Positions 35,670 to 43,964 of a DNA stretch of 64,000 bases are shown piece by piece. Source of the DNA: Deltaproteobacteria bacterium (GTDB lineage: Bacteria; Desulfobacterota; Deferrimicrobia; Deferrimicrobiales; Deferrimicrobiaceae); the NCBI GenBank assembly GCA_050263095.1, contig JBLNEW010000043.1, forward strand, positions 986 through 64,985. The letters are read 5' to 3'. Below the pieces are notes generated by a model. It ran no database searches and was not told where the DNA came from. It worked only from the letters and a program-made list of their open reading frames with translations. A program made the position numbers and the translations under genes. Each line of letters begins with the position of its first letter. Position 1 is the stretch's first letter.

Positions 35670-35897
35670 GTGAAACCCTCGGACCGTAAAGGAAACGGGG
35701 TCGGAAAGACCCCCATGAAGGAAGCGGGAAACAAGCACGTTTCCTCCCCGGACGGCGCGGAAAGGGGGGGGGGCGTCAAGAAAGTGGCTGCCCTCCGTGC
35801 CGCGATGAACAACGGGACGTATCGTGTGGAATCGAAGAAAGTCGCCGACAAGATCGTCAAGGATGCGGTTCGGGATATCCGGAGCCGGCTCCGCTAG
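35670..35897 (+). CDS. flgM: Anti-sigma28 factor FlgM, short form (75 aa; alternative start 35715, 60 aa)
   Basis: C-terminal KVAALRAAMNNGTYRVESKKVADKI matches the FlgM sigma-binding motif; SD GGAGG; sigma28 promoter; close to fliA. Confidence 0.8.
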   Translation: MKPSDRKGNGVGKTPMKEAGNKHVSSPDGAERGGGVKKVAALRAAMNNGTYRVESKKVADKIVKDAVRDIRSRLR

Positions 35898-35974
35898 CCA
35901 TCGTTATCCGATTCCCGGTAATTGGGATAAAATCAAATCGACAGGAAAATTAAAGTGGAGGTGCCAGTTCCTCC

Positions 35975-36343
35975 GTGGTCCGGACCGGCTTCCAGGAGGT
36001 CCTGCGGCAATCGCTGGACGACCTGCCCCGGATGTTCCGGCAGGCGCTCGATAACATTGCGGTCGTGGTGGAGGATTGGCCTCCCGACTGGCTTCTTGAC
36101 GAACTGGAGATCCCGCCCGAAGACACGCTTTACGGGTTCTACCACGGCGTCCCCCTTCCGGAGCGTTCGGTCTCCCTTACGGGAAACCTCCCGGACAAGA
36201 TTTCCATATACCGCGGTCCCCTGATGGAGGATTTTCCGGATCCGGCCGAGCTGCGCCGCCAGATCCGGGTGACGCTGCTCCACGAAATCGGGCACTATTT
36301 CGGCATGGATGAGGAGGAGCTGGCCCGGCTCGGCTTCGAATAG
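35975..36343 (+). CDS. Zincin-like metallopeptidase (Zincin_1 family)
   Basis: LYGFYHGVPL, PDKISIYRGP, VTLLHEIGHYFG. Confidence 0.88.
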   Translation: MVRTGFQEVLRQSLDDLPRMFRQALDNIAVVVEDWPPDWLLDELEIPPEDTLYGFYHGVPLPERSVSLTGNLPDKISIYRGPLMEDFPDPAELRRQIRVTLLHEIGHYFGMDEEELARLGFE

Positions 36344-36476
36344 CCCCGATACGCCCTCACGCGAAGATTTTTCTATCCCCCGGCCCGCGTTTCAGGTATA
36401 CAGTATACAAAAACCGGCAAGCCCTACGGTTGCCCCGGCCTATCTTACGACCGTGCCTTGCGAAAGGGGGATAGGG

Positions 36477-37421
36477 ATGCTTGCACTGCGCCGCGTGTTT
36501 TTCGATGGGGCCGATCACCCGGAGCTTGTCCTTCTCCATTACACCGCGGCACCGGAAGGCTCCCCTGGCGAGGAAACTGCACGGGCCTCCCTCGTCATGC
36601 GGCCGTCCGCGCAGCCCGGGAGAAGGGAAACGCTGGTTTTCCTTCCTTCGCCCCCGCCGGGACGCCGTATCCTTCTGCGGTACTTTTTTTCCACCATAGG
36701 AGGAGGCGCCGAATGGTTTTCACCGGCATACGAAGTGGCCGTGCCGGGGGATGAGGTAGCGGGCGACCTGATGCGGGTCGAGGAAGAAGGGGATGGAAAC
36801 CTGCCGCCGGCCCGAGGGATGGGCGCGTTCCGGCTCATGCTCCCTTTGCGGAACGGGGAGCCGAAATCCGGCCCGGTCCGGTACGGCTTCGGGGCGATGA
36901 GGAAAAAACCGTCCGCGGAGCTTTGCCGCGCCCGGTTCCCCATGGACGGAAACGTGCCGCTGGTGGAGGTCCCCGAAGCGCTCTCGGTGCTCAAGAACAG
37001 GCCGATGCCCTTTTTCCTGTACCACGTCGCAGGCGAGAAGGGCCCCCTGGTCGCCGACAAGATCAACTGCGCGAGGCTGACCTTGAAGGACGACGAGGGC
37101 GAGGTGGTCTGCGCGCGCCTCCTCTGGGGCGATCCCTCGTGGAACGCCCAGAACCTGTCCGTGATGGAGGTAAAGAATTTCGCCTCGGAAGATGCGAAGG
37201 CGCGGGACTACTTTTTCGCGTCCGACAGGGAGGCATTCCTTAAAGCGAGGTCGGCCGCGATCCGCAGGCATCCGGTCCCCAGGACCTTCGAGGCGTTCGT
37301 TTACGGGCCCGCGGACAGCGTCGCCGAGTACTGCTTCCAGGTGCTCATCCGGCACGCCGACGGATCCGTAGCGGCGGCGTGGCGGAACCGCGGCGGAGGC
37401 AACTGGGCGGTCACGCTGTAG
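36477..37421 (+). CDS. Hypothetical beta-rich cytoplasmic protein
   Basis: 314-aa ORF with host-like composition filling the gap; C-terminal WRNRGGGNW. Confidence 0.65.
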   Translation: MLALRRVFFDGADHPELVLLHYTAAPEGSPGEETARASLVMRPSAQPGRRETLVFLPSPPPGRRILLRYFFSTIGGGAEWFSPAYEVAVPGDEVAGDLMRVEEEGDGNLPPARGMGAFRLMLPLRNGEPKSGPVRYGFGAMRKKPSAELCRARFPMDGNVPLVEVPEALSVLKNRPMPFFLYHVAGEKGPLVADKINCARLTLKDDEGEVVCARLLWGDPSWNAQNLSVMEVKNFASEDAKARDYFFASDREAFLKARSAAIRRHPVPRTFEAFVYGPADSVAEYCFQVLIRHADGSVAAAWRNRGGGNWAVTL

Positions 37422-37430
37422 CGCCTTTGC

Positions 37431-38465
37431 CTAAAGCGCCGAAAGCAATTCGTCGATCTCGCCGTCGGTGCCGACCGTGATCCTCAGGCAGCCGGCCAGC
37501 CGCGGAACGTCGAAGTAGCGCACCAGGATCTTCCGGCTCTTAAGCGCCTCGTATATCTTCCGCGCCGGTTTTCCGCCGTTTCTCCGGGCAAGGACGAAGT
37601 TCGATTGCGAAGGGAAGGGAGTGAACCCGGCAGCGGGAAGACAGGCTGTCAGCCGCTCGCGCGTCTTCCGTATCCTTGCCGCGTTGCGCTCCATCCAGGC
37701 CGTGTCCGACAACGCCGCCTCTCCCGCGGCAATGCTCAACCGGCTCATGTTGTAGGAGTCCTTCACCTTGCAGAGCCCCTCCACGATCCGGGGATGGGCG
37801 AACCCGAGCCCGATCCTCATTCCGGCGAGGGAGTACGACTTGGATAGCGTGCGTAGCACGATGACGTTTTCCCGTTCCCGGGCAAGGGACAGGGCGTTTT
37901 CTTCCGCGAAATCCGCGTAGGCCTCGTCGATGACGAGCACGCCTGGCACGCTGTCGGCGAGGCGCGAGAGAGCGTCGAGCGGGACAGCGGTACCCGATGG
38001 GGAGTTGGGGCTGGCCACCACCGTTACGTTGGCGCGGGCACGGAAAATGCCCCGCGGGAGGGAATAGTCGTCGGGGTACGGGATACCTTTAAGCCTTCCC
38101 CCCTGGATCCGCACGAGCGTGTCGTAGAGCGTGTACGTCGGGACGGGGCAGCACAGCGTGTCTTTTTCCCCGACGAATGCGCGGGCGATCATGGCCAGCA
38201 GGTCGTCGGACCCGTTTCCCGCCATAACCTGCGGAAGCTCGAACCCGTAAGTAAGCGCGGCCTGCCGCCGAAGCCGCGTGGCGTCCGGGTCCGGGTACAA
38301 TCGAAGCGAATCGTCGGATTCGGCGAGGATCGCCCGGCGGACCCTCGGCGAGGGGGGATATGGATTCTCGTTCGTGTTGAGCTTGATGTACCCGCCCTCC
38401 TGGGGCTGCTCGCCCGGCTGGTACCCCTGCATGCGGGCGACGTTTCTCCGGAACGCGACGGTCAA
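37431..38465 (-). CDS. hisC: Histidinol-phosphate aminotransferase
   Basis: KLNTNENPY, LYPDP, GNGSDD, PNSPSG, IDEAY, RTLSKSYSLAGMRIG. Confidence 0.93.
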   Translation of the reverse strand: MTVAFRRNVARMQGYQPGEQPQEGGYIKLNTNENPYPPSPRVRRAILAESDDSLRLYPDPDATRLRRQAALTYGFELPQVMAGNGSDDLLAMIARAFVGEKDTLCCPVPTYTLYDTLVRIQGGRLKGIPYPDDYSLPRGIFRARANVTVVASPNSPSGTAVPLDALSRLADSVPGVLVIDEAYADFAEENALSLARERENVIVLRTLSKSYSLAGMRIGLGFAHPRIVEGLCKVKDSYNMSRLSIAAGEAALSDTAWMERNAARIRKTRERLTACLPAAGFTPFPSQSNFVLARRNGGKPARKIYEALKSRKILVRYFDVPRLAGCLRITVGTDGEIDELLSAL

Positions 38466-39664
38466 CTCCGCCCTCCCTTCTTCGCGAAGAAGCGGCTGCC
38501 CAGCCTTTTCCAGGCCGGAAGCGACCGCCCGACCGAGGCCGGGTCCATGCAGTACGCGACCCGGAAATATCCCTTGCGGCCGAAGCCGCTTCCCGGCACG
38601 ACGAGGATGTTTTCCTCCTTAGCCGCGGAGATGAACTTCATCTCGTCCTCGACCGGCGACCGGGGGAACAGGTAGAACGCACCTCCGGGCGGGACTACGG
38701 AAAATCCCGACTCCGTCAGGGTCGAGACGAGCATTTCCCTGTTCCTGCCGTAGACCGACATATCGGCATCGATCCCCTGGAAACCGGCAACCGCCCGCTG
38801 CATGATCGAAGGGGCGTTGACGAACCCCAGCACGCGGTTGCAGAAAACGCATGCGTCGGCCAGCTCCGCGGCGTCGGCCGCGCGCGGGCTGATGGCGAGG
38901 TATCCGATCCTCTCGCCGGCGAGGTTCAGGTCCTTGGAGTGCGAGTATGCAACGAGCGTGTTGCGCAACGCGGCGGCGGGCGGGTAGAAGGACGATCCCG
39001 GATAGACTATTTTCCGGTACGGCTCGTCCGACAGGACGTAGATGGGACCCCCTGCGAGCCTCTCCCCCTCCGAAAGCACGCGGGAAAGTTCGCGCAGCGC
39101 ATCCTTGGGGTAGACCGCCCCGGTCGGGTTGTTGGGAGTGTTGAGCAGGAGGGCCTTCGTCCTGCCCGTGATCGATGCCCTTATCGCTTCCGGGTCGAGC
39201 TGGAAATCTTCGGCGGATTGCGCGACGACGGGTACTCCGCCCGCGTTGCGCACGTAGAAAAGATATTCGACGAAATAGGGGGCGATTACGATCACTTCGT
39301 CGCCGGGGGAGAGGATCGCGCGCAATGCGACGTTCAGCGCGCCCGCGGCCCCGACGCTCATCATCACCAGCCCCGGGGTGAATGCGAGCCCGGTGGATTT
39401 CTCGAGGTCTTCCGCCACACGCTGACGGACGTCGGCGAATCCCGCGTTCGGCATGTACTTGTGAAGGTCCGGCGGCGGGTTCGCCGCGAGCCGGGCAAGC
39501 TCCCGCGCAAGTGGGGGCGGCGGGTCTCCGAACGGGTTCCCGAGGCTGAAATCGAAGACGTTTTCCGCCCCCTTTTTCGCCTTCAGAAACGCGCCTTCCT
39601 CGAACATCCTGCGGATCCACGACCCTTGCCGGATCGCCTCCCGTATTTCGGGGGATGCGGGCAT
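38462..39664 (-). CDS. PLP-dependent class I aminotransferase (aspartate aminotransferase-like)
   Basis: SWIRRMFEEG, FDFSLGNP, NTPNNPTG, SDEPY, SHSKDL.LAGERIGY; SD AAGGAG. Confidence 0.9.
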   Translation of the reverse strand: MPASPEIREAIRQGSWIRRMFEEGAFLKAKKGAENVFDFSLGNPFGDPPPPLARELARLAANPPPDLHKYMPNAGFADVRQRVAEDLEKSTGLAFTPGLVMMSVGAAGALNVALRAILSPGDEVIVIAPYFVEYLFYVRNAGGVPVVAQSAEDFQLDPEAIRASITGRTKALLLNTPNNPTGAVYPKDALRELSRVLSEGERLAGGPIYVLSDEPYRKIVYPGSSFYPPAAALRNTLVAYSHSKDLNLAGERIGYLAISPRAADAAELADACVFCNRVLGFVNAPSIMQRAVAGFQGIDADMSVYGRNREMLVSTLTESGFSVVPPGGAFYLFPRSPVEDEMKFISAAKEENILVVPGSGFGRKGYFRVAYCMDPASVGRSLPAWKRLGSRFFAKKGGRS

Positions 39665-39830
39665 CTTGGCTCCTTTCGGTGCCATTCACGATACGTCAAC
39701 GCAAGACAGGATTTCAAGGCGAAAGGTCCGGATATTCCGTTGAAACATCGGGGCGTATGGCCTAAATTATGGAAGGTCCGCCGGGTTCCCGGCGGCAACC
39801 AATACCATGTTCTTTCGAACGGGAGAAAAC

Positions 39831-40454
39831 GTGAAACTCATCCATCGATCTTGGATTTTTCCGATGTTCCTGCTTGCTGTTCTATCGGGCTGCTCGACGG
39901 GGAATGTCCTGACCATCCCCGGCGGGCTTTCGGGCAAGGCGACGCAGGCTTCCCCCGTCGCGCCGGGCGTACCCGCAGAGGTCGCGGTGCTCGATTTTTC
40001 CTGGACGGCGCCTGTGTCCGGCGAATTGGGGCGGGATTATGTGCATGCCCGTCCGATCGTGTGGAACGGGGACCCGGGCAAGTCGATCGCCGACCTGATA
40101 GCGGGCGCCCTGGCCGATAAGGGAATTCCCGCGGTCCGCGCGGCCGGGGAGGCGGACATCCCGGCGGGCGTCCCCGCCAGGGTTTGGGGCAGCGTTGAGG
40201 AATTCAGCGTAGATCTGAGGTCCTCGGGCATGGTCCACGTTAAGGCTGAAGCGGCGGCAACCCTCAAGCTCCAGGCGACCGGGCCCGGCGTCCCCGCCGG
40301 GTGGAGCGGCTCGGTCTCCTCCTCTTACGGGGACACGGACCTGTACACCACCCCGGAGGGCGTCCAGGAAGTGCTGAACGGCGCGGCCAACGCCGCCGCC
40401 GCGGAAGCGGTACGGCGGATGCTGGAGGCGGGGGTGGTCTCCTCGCCCAAATAA
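39831..40454 (+). CDS. Hypothetical lipoprotein
   Basis: Lipobox VLSGC; SD GGGAG before GTG 39831. Confidence 0.7.
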   Translation: MKLIHRSWIFPMFLLAVLSGCSTGNVLTIPGGLSGKATQASPVAPGVPAEVAVLDFSWTAPVSGELGRDYVHARPIVWNGDPGKSIADLIAGALADKGIPAVRAAGEADIPAGVPARVWGSVEEFSVDLRSSGMVHVKAEAAATLKLQATGPGVPAGWSGSVSSSYGDTDLYTTPEGVQEVLNGAANAAAAEAVRRMLEAGVVSSPK

Positions 40455-40462
40455 ATTTACGG

Positions 40463-41461
40463 ATGGCGCTTCTCATCAAGGAGCGGATCGAGGACGTCTC
40501 CCTCGGCGAGTGGGACGACGTTCTTTCGCGATCGGGCCGTCCATCCCCCTTTCTTTCCCCGCGGTTCCTGATTCCATGGACGAGAACGTTCGCGGCCGGG
40601 CGTCCCGTTCGCATCGCCAGGTGGGAAACGGGGGGCAGGGCAGAGGGGTTCCTTTTCCTGTGCAGGAGCGCGGAAACGGGCGGGTGGGAGCTTCTCGGCG
40701 GCGACCAGGTGTCCGATTCGCTGGACGCCGTGGTGGCGGCGGGGATGGAAGGGGCGTTCTGGGAGGAAATTTTCCGGTCCCCGGGGGAGCTTCTGTCGGA
40801 AGGGCCTCTTCTCCTGCCCAACCTGGTGGAGGGCTCCCGCTCGCTTTCGCTACTGCCCGGCATTTGCAGGGAACGGGGAATCTCCTATGACGCAGAGGAG
40901 GCGGACCGCTCCCCGTTCATCCCGCTGCCCGGGAGCTTCGACCGATACCTGGAACAGCTGGGGGGCAAGGAGCGGCATGAGCTGCGGCGCAAGCTGCGCC
41001 GCGCCTCCGAGGCGGAAGCCGGGCTTTCCTTCCGCGTGACCGGGTCGGCCGTGGAGCTCTCGGGCGATTTCCCCTCCTTCGTGGAGCTGCACCGCAAGAG
41101 CCACCCGGAGAAGCGTATGTTCATGGACGATCGGATGGCGGGATTCTTCCGCGATCTCGCCGACGGGTTCATGGCCGCCGGCCGGCTGCGGCTTGCGTTC
41201 CTGCGCGGCGCCGGGGGAGACGTCGCGTCGGCGTTCCAGATCGAGCACGACGGGGCGCTTCTGCTTTACAACTCCGGGTTCGATCCCGGGGCCGGCGGCG
41301 GCCGCATGAGCCCCGGAGTCGTTCTGCTGGCGCGCTGCGTCGAGGACGCGATCCGGAGCGGATTCCGGGAGTACGATTTTCTCAGAGGACGCGAAAGGTA
41401 CAAGTACGACCTGGGCGGACGGGACCGGATCGTTTACCGCGTTACGATCCGAATGCCGTGA
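40463..41461 (+). CDS. GNAT family acetyltransferase (CelD/BcsL-like, Acetyltransf_6)
   Basis: SPFLS...W, LPGSFDRYL..LGGKERHELRRKLRR, LYNSGFDP, SPGVVL, YDFLRGRERYKYDLG. Confidence 0.85.
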   Translation: MALLIKERIEDVSLGEWDDVLSRSGRPSPFLSPRFLIPWTRTFAAGRPVRIARWETGGRAEGFLFLCRSAETGGWELLGGDQVSDSLDAVVAAGMEGAFWEEIFRSPGELLSEGPLLLPNLVEGSRSLSLLPGICRERGISYDAEEADRSPFIPLPGSFDRYLEQLGGKERHELRRKLRRASEAEAGLSFRVTGSAVELSGDFPSFVELHRKSHPEKRMFMDDRMAGFFRDLADGFMAAGRLRLAFLRGAGGDVASAFQIEHDGALLLYNSGFDPGAGGGRMSPGVVLLARCVEDAIRSGFREYDFLRGRERYKYDLGGRDRIVYRVTIRMP

Positions 41462-42633
41462 ATCACCTTCTTTTCTCCTATCACACATGCCCGATGGAGG
41501 AGCCGGGCACCGGCCTGTCTGGCGGGATGAACATATTCCTGAGGGGCCTTCTCCCGGGGCTGGCGGCAAAAGGATTGAAGACCGACGTGCTCACGCGCGG
41601 AAAAGGGGCGGGAGTGGAAATCACCCGTCCGTTCCCGGGCGTCCGCATCCTCCATGTACCGTGCGGCTGGAAGGATCCTCCTACCCGGGAGTCGGCGCAC
41701 GATTCCCTTTCGCGGTTCGCCCGCGGGGCAAGCCGGCTGCTTGACGCCGGCGGGTATGCCTATGACGCCGTATCGGCCCACTACTGGATGTCCGGGATCG
41801 CGAGCATGGAGGCGGGGATGCGCCCGCTGGCGTTCGCGTATCACACGATCGAGGCGCGCAAGGCTGGTTTCGCCGCGGCGCCTCCCGGGAGCTTATCCTG
41901 CGTCCGCATGGAGGCTGAGAAACGGCTGGCTCTTGAGGTTTCCCGCGTAGTCTGCTTCTCCGCGGATGACCTTGCAGGGACGGTGGGGATCCTCCCCGCC
42001 GTGGAAGGGAAGGGAACTGTCATACCGCCGGGAGTCGACGACGCATTCAGGAACCCGCCGCCGCGCAGGGCTGCGCGGCGCAATTACGGCATCCCCGACG
42101 GCGAGTTCCTGTTCCTGCTTGCGGCCCGCCCGGACCCTGGGAAAAACGTCGCGCTGGCGATCGAGGCGTTCCGGGCCCTGCGGGCGGAGGAAGGCGACCG
42201 GCTGCGGCTCGTCGTCGCGGGGCAGGAGATTCCCGACGAGTCGCTGCCCGGCGGTGCGGCATGCGCCGGGCCGGTGCCCCACGCGGAAATGCCGGCGCTT
42301 TATTCGGCCGCGGACGCTGTCATCTGTCCGTCCTCGTACGAATCGTTCGGGCTGGTTCCCCTGGAAGCCATGGCCGCCGGAACCCCCTTGATCGTGCCGG
42401 GCACGGGATTCTGGGGAAGCACGGTCCGGTCGGAAGGGGGAGGGCTGGCCTACGCGGCGGATTCGGAGTCGGGGCTCGAGGATGCGATGCGGGCCGTCTG
42501 CCGGGATGCGGGCATGCGTGCGCGTCTTTCGGAGGAAGGCAGGCGGATAGCCGCGCGGTTTACGTGGGAGAAATGCACGGAGTCCTGGGCGAGGCTGTTG
42601 TCTGGCCGCGCCATGCCCGATAGTCGGCGATGA
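41458..42633 (+). CDS. GT4 glycosyltransferase, MshA-like
   Basis: SYHTCPMEEPGTGLSGGMNIF, AHYWMSG, YHT, R...GK, PSSYESFGLVPLEAMAAGTP. Confidence 0.8.
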   Translation: MNHLLFSYHTCPMEEPGTGLSGGMNIFLRGLLPGLAAKGLKTDVLTRGKGAGVEITRPFPGVRILHVPCGWKDPPTRESAHDSLSRFARGASRLLDAGGYAYDAVSAHYWMSGIASMEAGMRPLAFAYHTIEARKAGFAAAPPGSLSCVRMEAEKRLALEVSRVVCFSADDLAGTVGILPAVEGKGTVIPPGVDDAFRNPPPRRAARRNYGIPDGEFLFLLAARPDPGKNVALAIEAFRALRAEEGDRLRLVVAGQEIPDESLPGGAACAGPVPHAEMPALYSAADAVICPSSYESFGLVPLEAMAAGTPLIVPGTGFWGSTVRSEGGGLAYAADSESGLEDAMRAVCRDAGMRARLSEEGRRIAARFTWEKCTESWARLLSGRAMPDSRR

Positions 42634-43714
42634 ACTCCTCCAGATCGCGCCGCGCCTCGTCGTCGGGGAGCTGGACGGGCGGGTGCTTCATGAAGTAGGC
42701 CGACGGTGCGAGCAGCGGGCCGGAATGCCCCATGTCCCTGCCGAGCCTGCAGAGCCTGATGGCGTCGATCCCCACGCCGGCGCTGTTCGGCGAGTCGGTC
42801 ACGGACAACCTCAGCTCGACCTCGATCGGAAGCCCGCCGAATCCCTCTCCCTCGATCCGCAGGAAACAGAGCTTGTTGTCCTTCTGCCACGGGACGTAAT
42901 CCGACGGGCCGATGTGGATGTCCTCGTCCGCGATCTGGTGCGTCAGCACCGAGGTCACGGCCTCCGTCTTGGAGATCTTCTTCGACTGGAGCCGCCTGCG
43001 GGACAGCATGTTGAGGAAATCGGTGTTCCCTCCGGTGTTCAGCTGGTAAGTCCGATGGACCCGGATCCCCCGCTCCGAAAAAAGGCGCGCGAGCGCCCGG
43101 TGCACGATGGTTGCGCCCAGCTGCGACTTTATATCGTCCCCGATTATCGGGATCCCCTTTTGCCGGAACCGCTCGCACCACGCAGGATCCGAGGCGATGA
43201 ACGCCGGGATGCAGTTCACGAGGGAGACGCCGGTGGCAAGGCACGCCTCGGCGTAGAAACGGGTGGCATCCTCCGATCCCACGGGAAGGTAGTTTACGAG
43301 GATTTCCGCCCCGGACCCGCGCAGCACCCCTTCCACGTCGCACGGGGGCTCGTCGGCAGGAAGGAAAGTCCTGTCCTCGGGATAGTCGCGCATGTGCGGC
43401 GCAACGCCGTCCAGCACGGGGCCCATGCGTACGACAGGCCCCCCGCCGGGCATTCCGTCGGCGAACTTCATGGTGCAGTTGGGGGCGGCGAAGATCGCTT
43501 CGTTCACCGGGCGCCCCACCTTGCGGCGGTCGATATCGAACGCCGCGACTACCTCGATGTCTCCCGGGAGATACCCGCCTATATCGAAGTTCATGAGTCC
43601 CGGGATGAACGCGCCGGGGACCTTTCCCCCCGCGTTGCGATAATACTCGATTCCCTGCAGCAGGGCGCTGGCGCAGTTCCCCACGCCCGCTACCGCTATG
43701 CGTATCTTATGCAT
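42560..43714 (-). CDS. ino1: myo-Inositol-1-phosphate synthase
   Basis: AGVGNCASALLQG, NYLPVGSE, GDDIKSQLGAT, YQLNTGGNTDFLNM, SKKISKT, DSPNSAG. Confidence 0.93.
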   Translation of the reverse strand: MHKIRIAVAGVGNCASALLQGIEYYRNAGGKVPGAFIPGLMNFDIGGYLPGDIEVVAAFDIDRRKVGRPVNEAIFAAPNCTMKFADGMPGGGPVVRMGPVLDGVAPHMRDYPEDRTFLPADEPPCDVEGVLRGSGAEILVNYLPVGSEDATRFYAEACLATGVSLVNCIPAFIASDPAWCERFRQKGIPIIGDDIKSQLGATIVHRALARLFSERGIRVHRTYQLNTGGNTDFLNMLSRRRLQSKKISKTEAVTSVLTHQIADEDIHIGPSDYVPWQKDNKLCFLRIEGEGFGGLPIEVELRLSVTDSPNSAGVGIDAIRLCRLGRDMGHSGPLLAPSAYFMKHPPVQLPDDEARRDLEEFIADYRAWRGQTTASPRTPCISPT

Positions 43715-43907
43715 TCCCGATGCTCCCTGATTGATTGCCGCGCCGAGCGCCATTGTAGGATTCCGCCGCCCCGGCCGCGGTTTCATTCGCGCCCGGCAGC
43801 ACCTCCCCGCATTTCCAGCAGCGAGGCGGTTCTTTCGCCGCCATGCGTTCCTCGGAGACGAAATTATGCGCGGAACACGCTGCGCAATGGAGCATCATGC
43901 GCGCCAT
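43707..43907 (-). CDS. Small zinc-ribbon protein (66 aa)
   Basis: Hidden at the end of a 939-aa shadow ORF: MARMMLHCAACSAHNFVSEERMAAKEPPRCWKCGEVL; stop overlaps the ino1 start. Confidence 0.65.
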   Translation of the reverse strand: MARMMLHCAACSAHNFVSEERMAAKEPPRCWKCGEVLPGANETAAGAAESYNGARRGNQSGSIGNA

Positions 43908-43928
43908 TTTACCTTTTCCCGCGCCTGT

Positions 43929-43958
43929 TTGACAAAGAAGATTCCCGGCATATAAGAT
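43929..43958 (+). promoter_or_regulatory. Sigma70 promoter of malic enzyme (probably leaderless)
   Basis: TTGACA-N18-TAAGAT, then 6 nt to GTG 43965. Confidence 0.7.
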
Positions 43959-43964
43959 GGGGCG

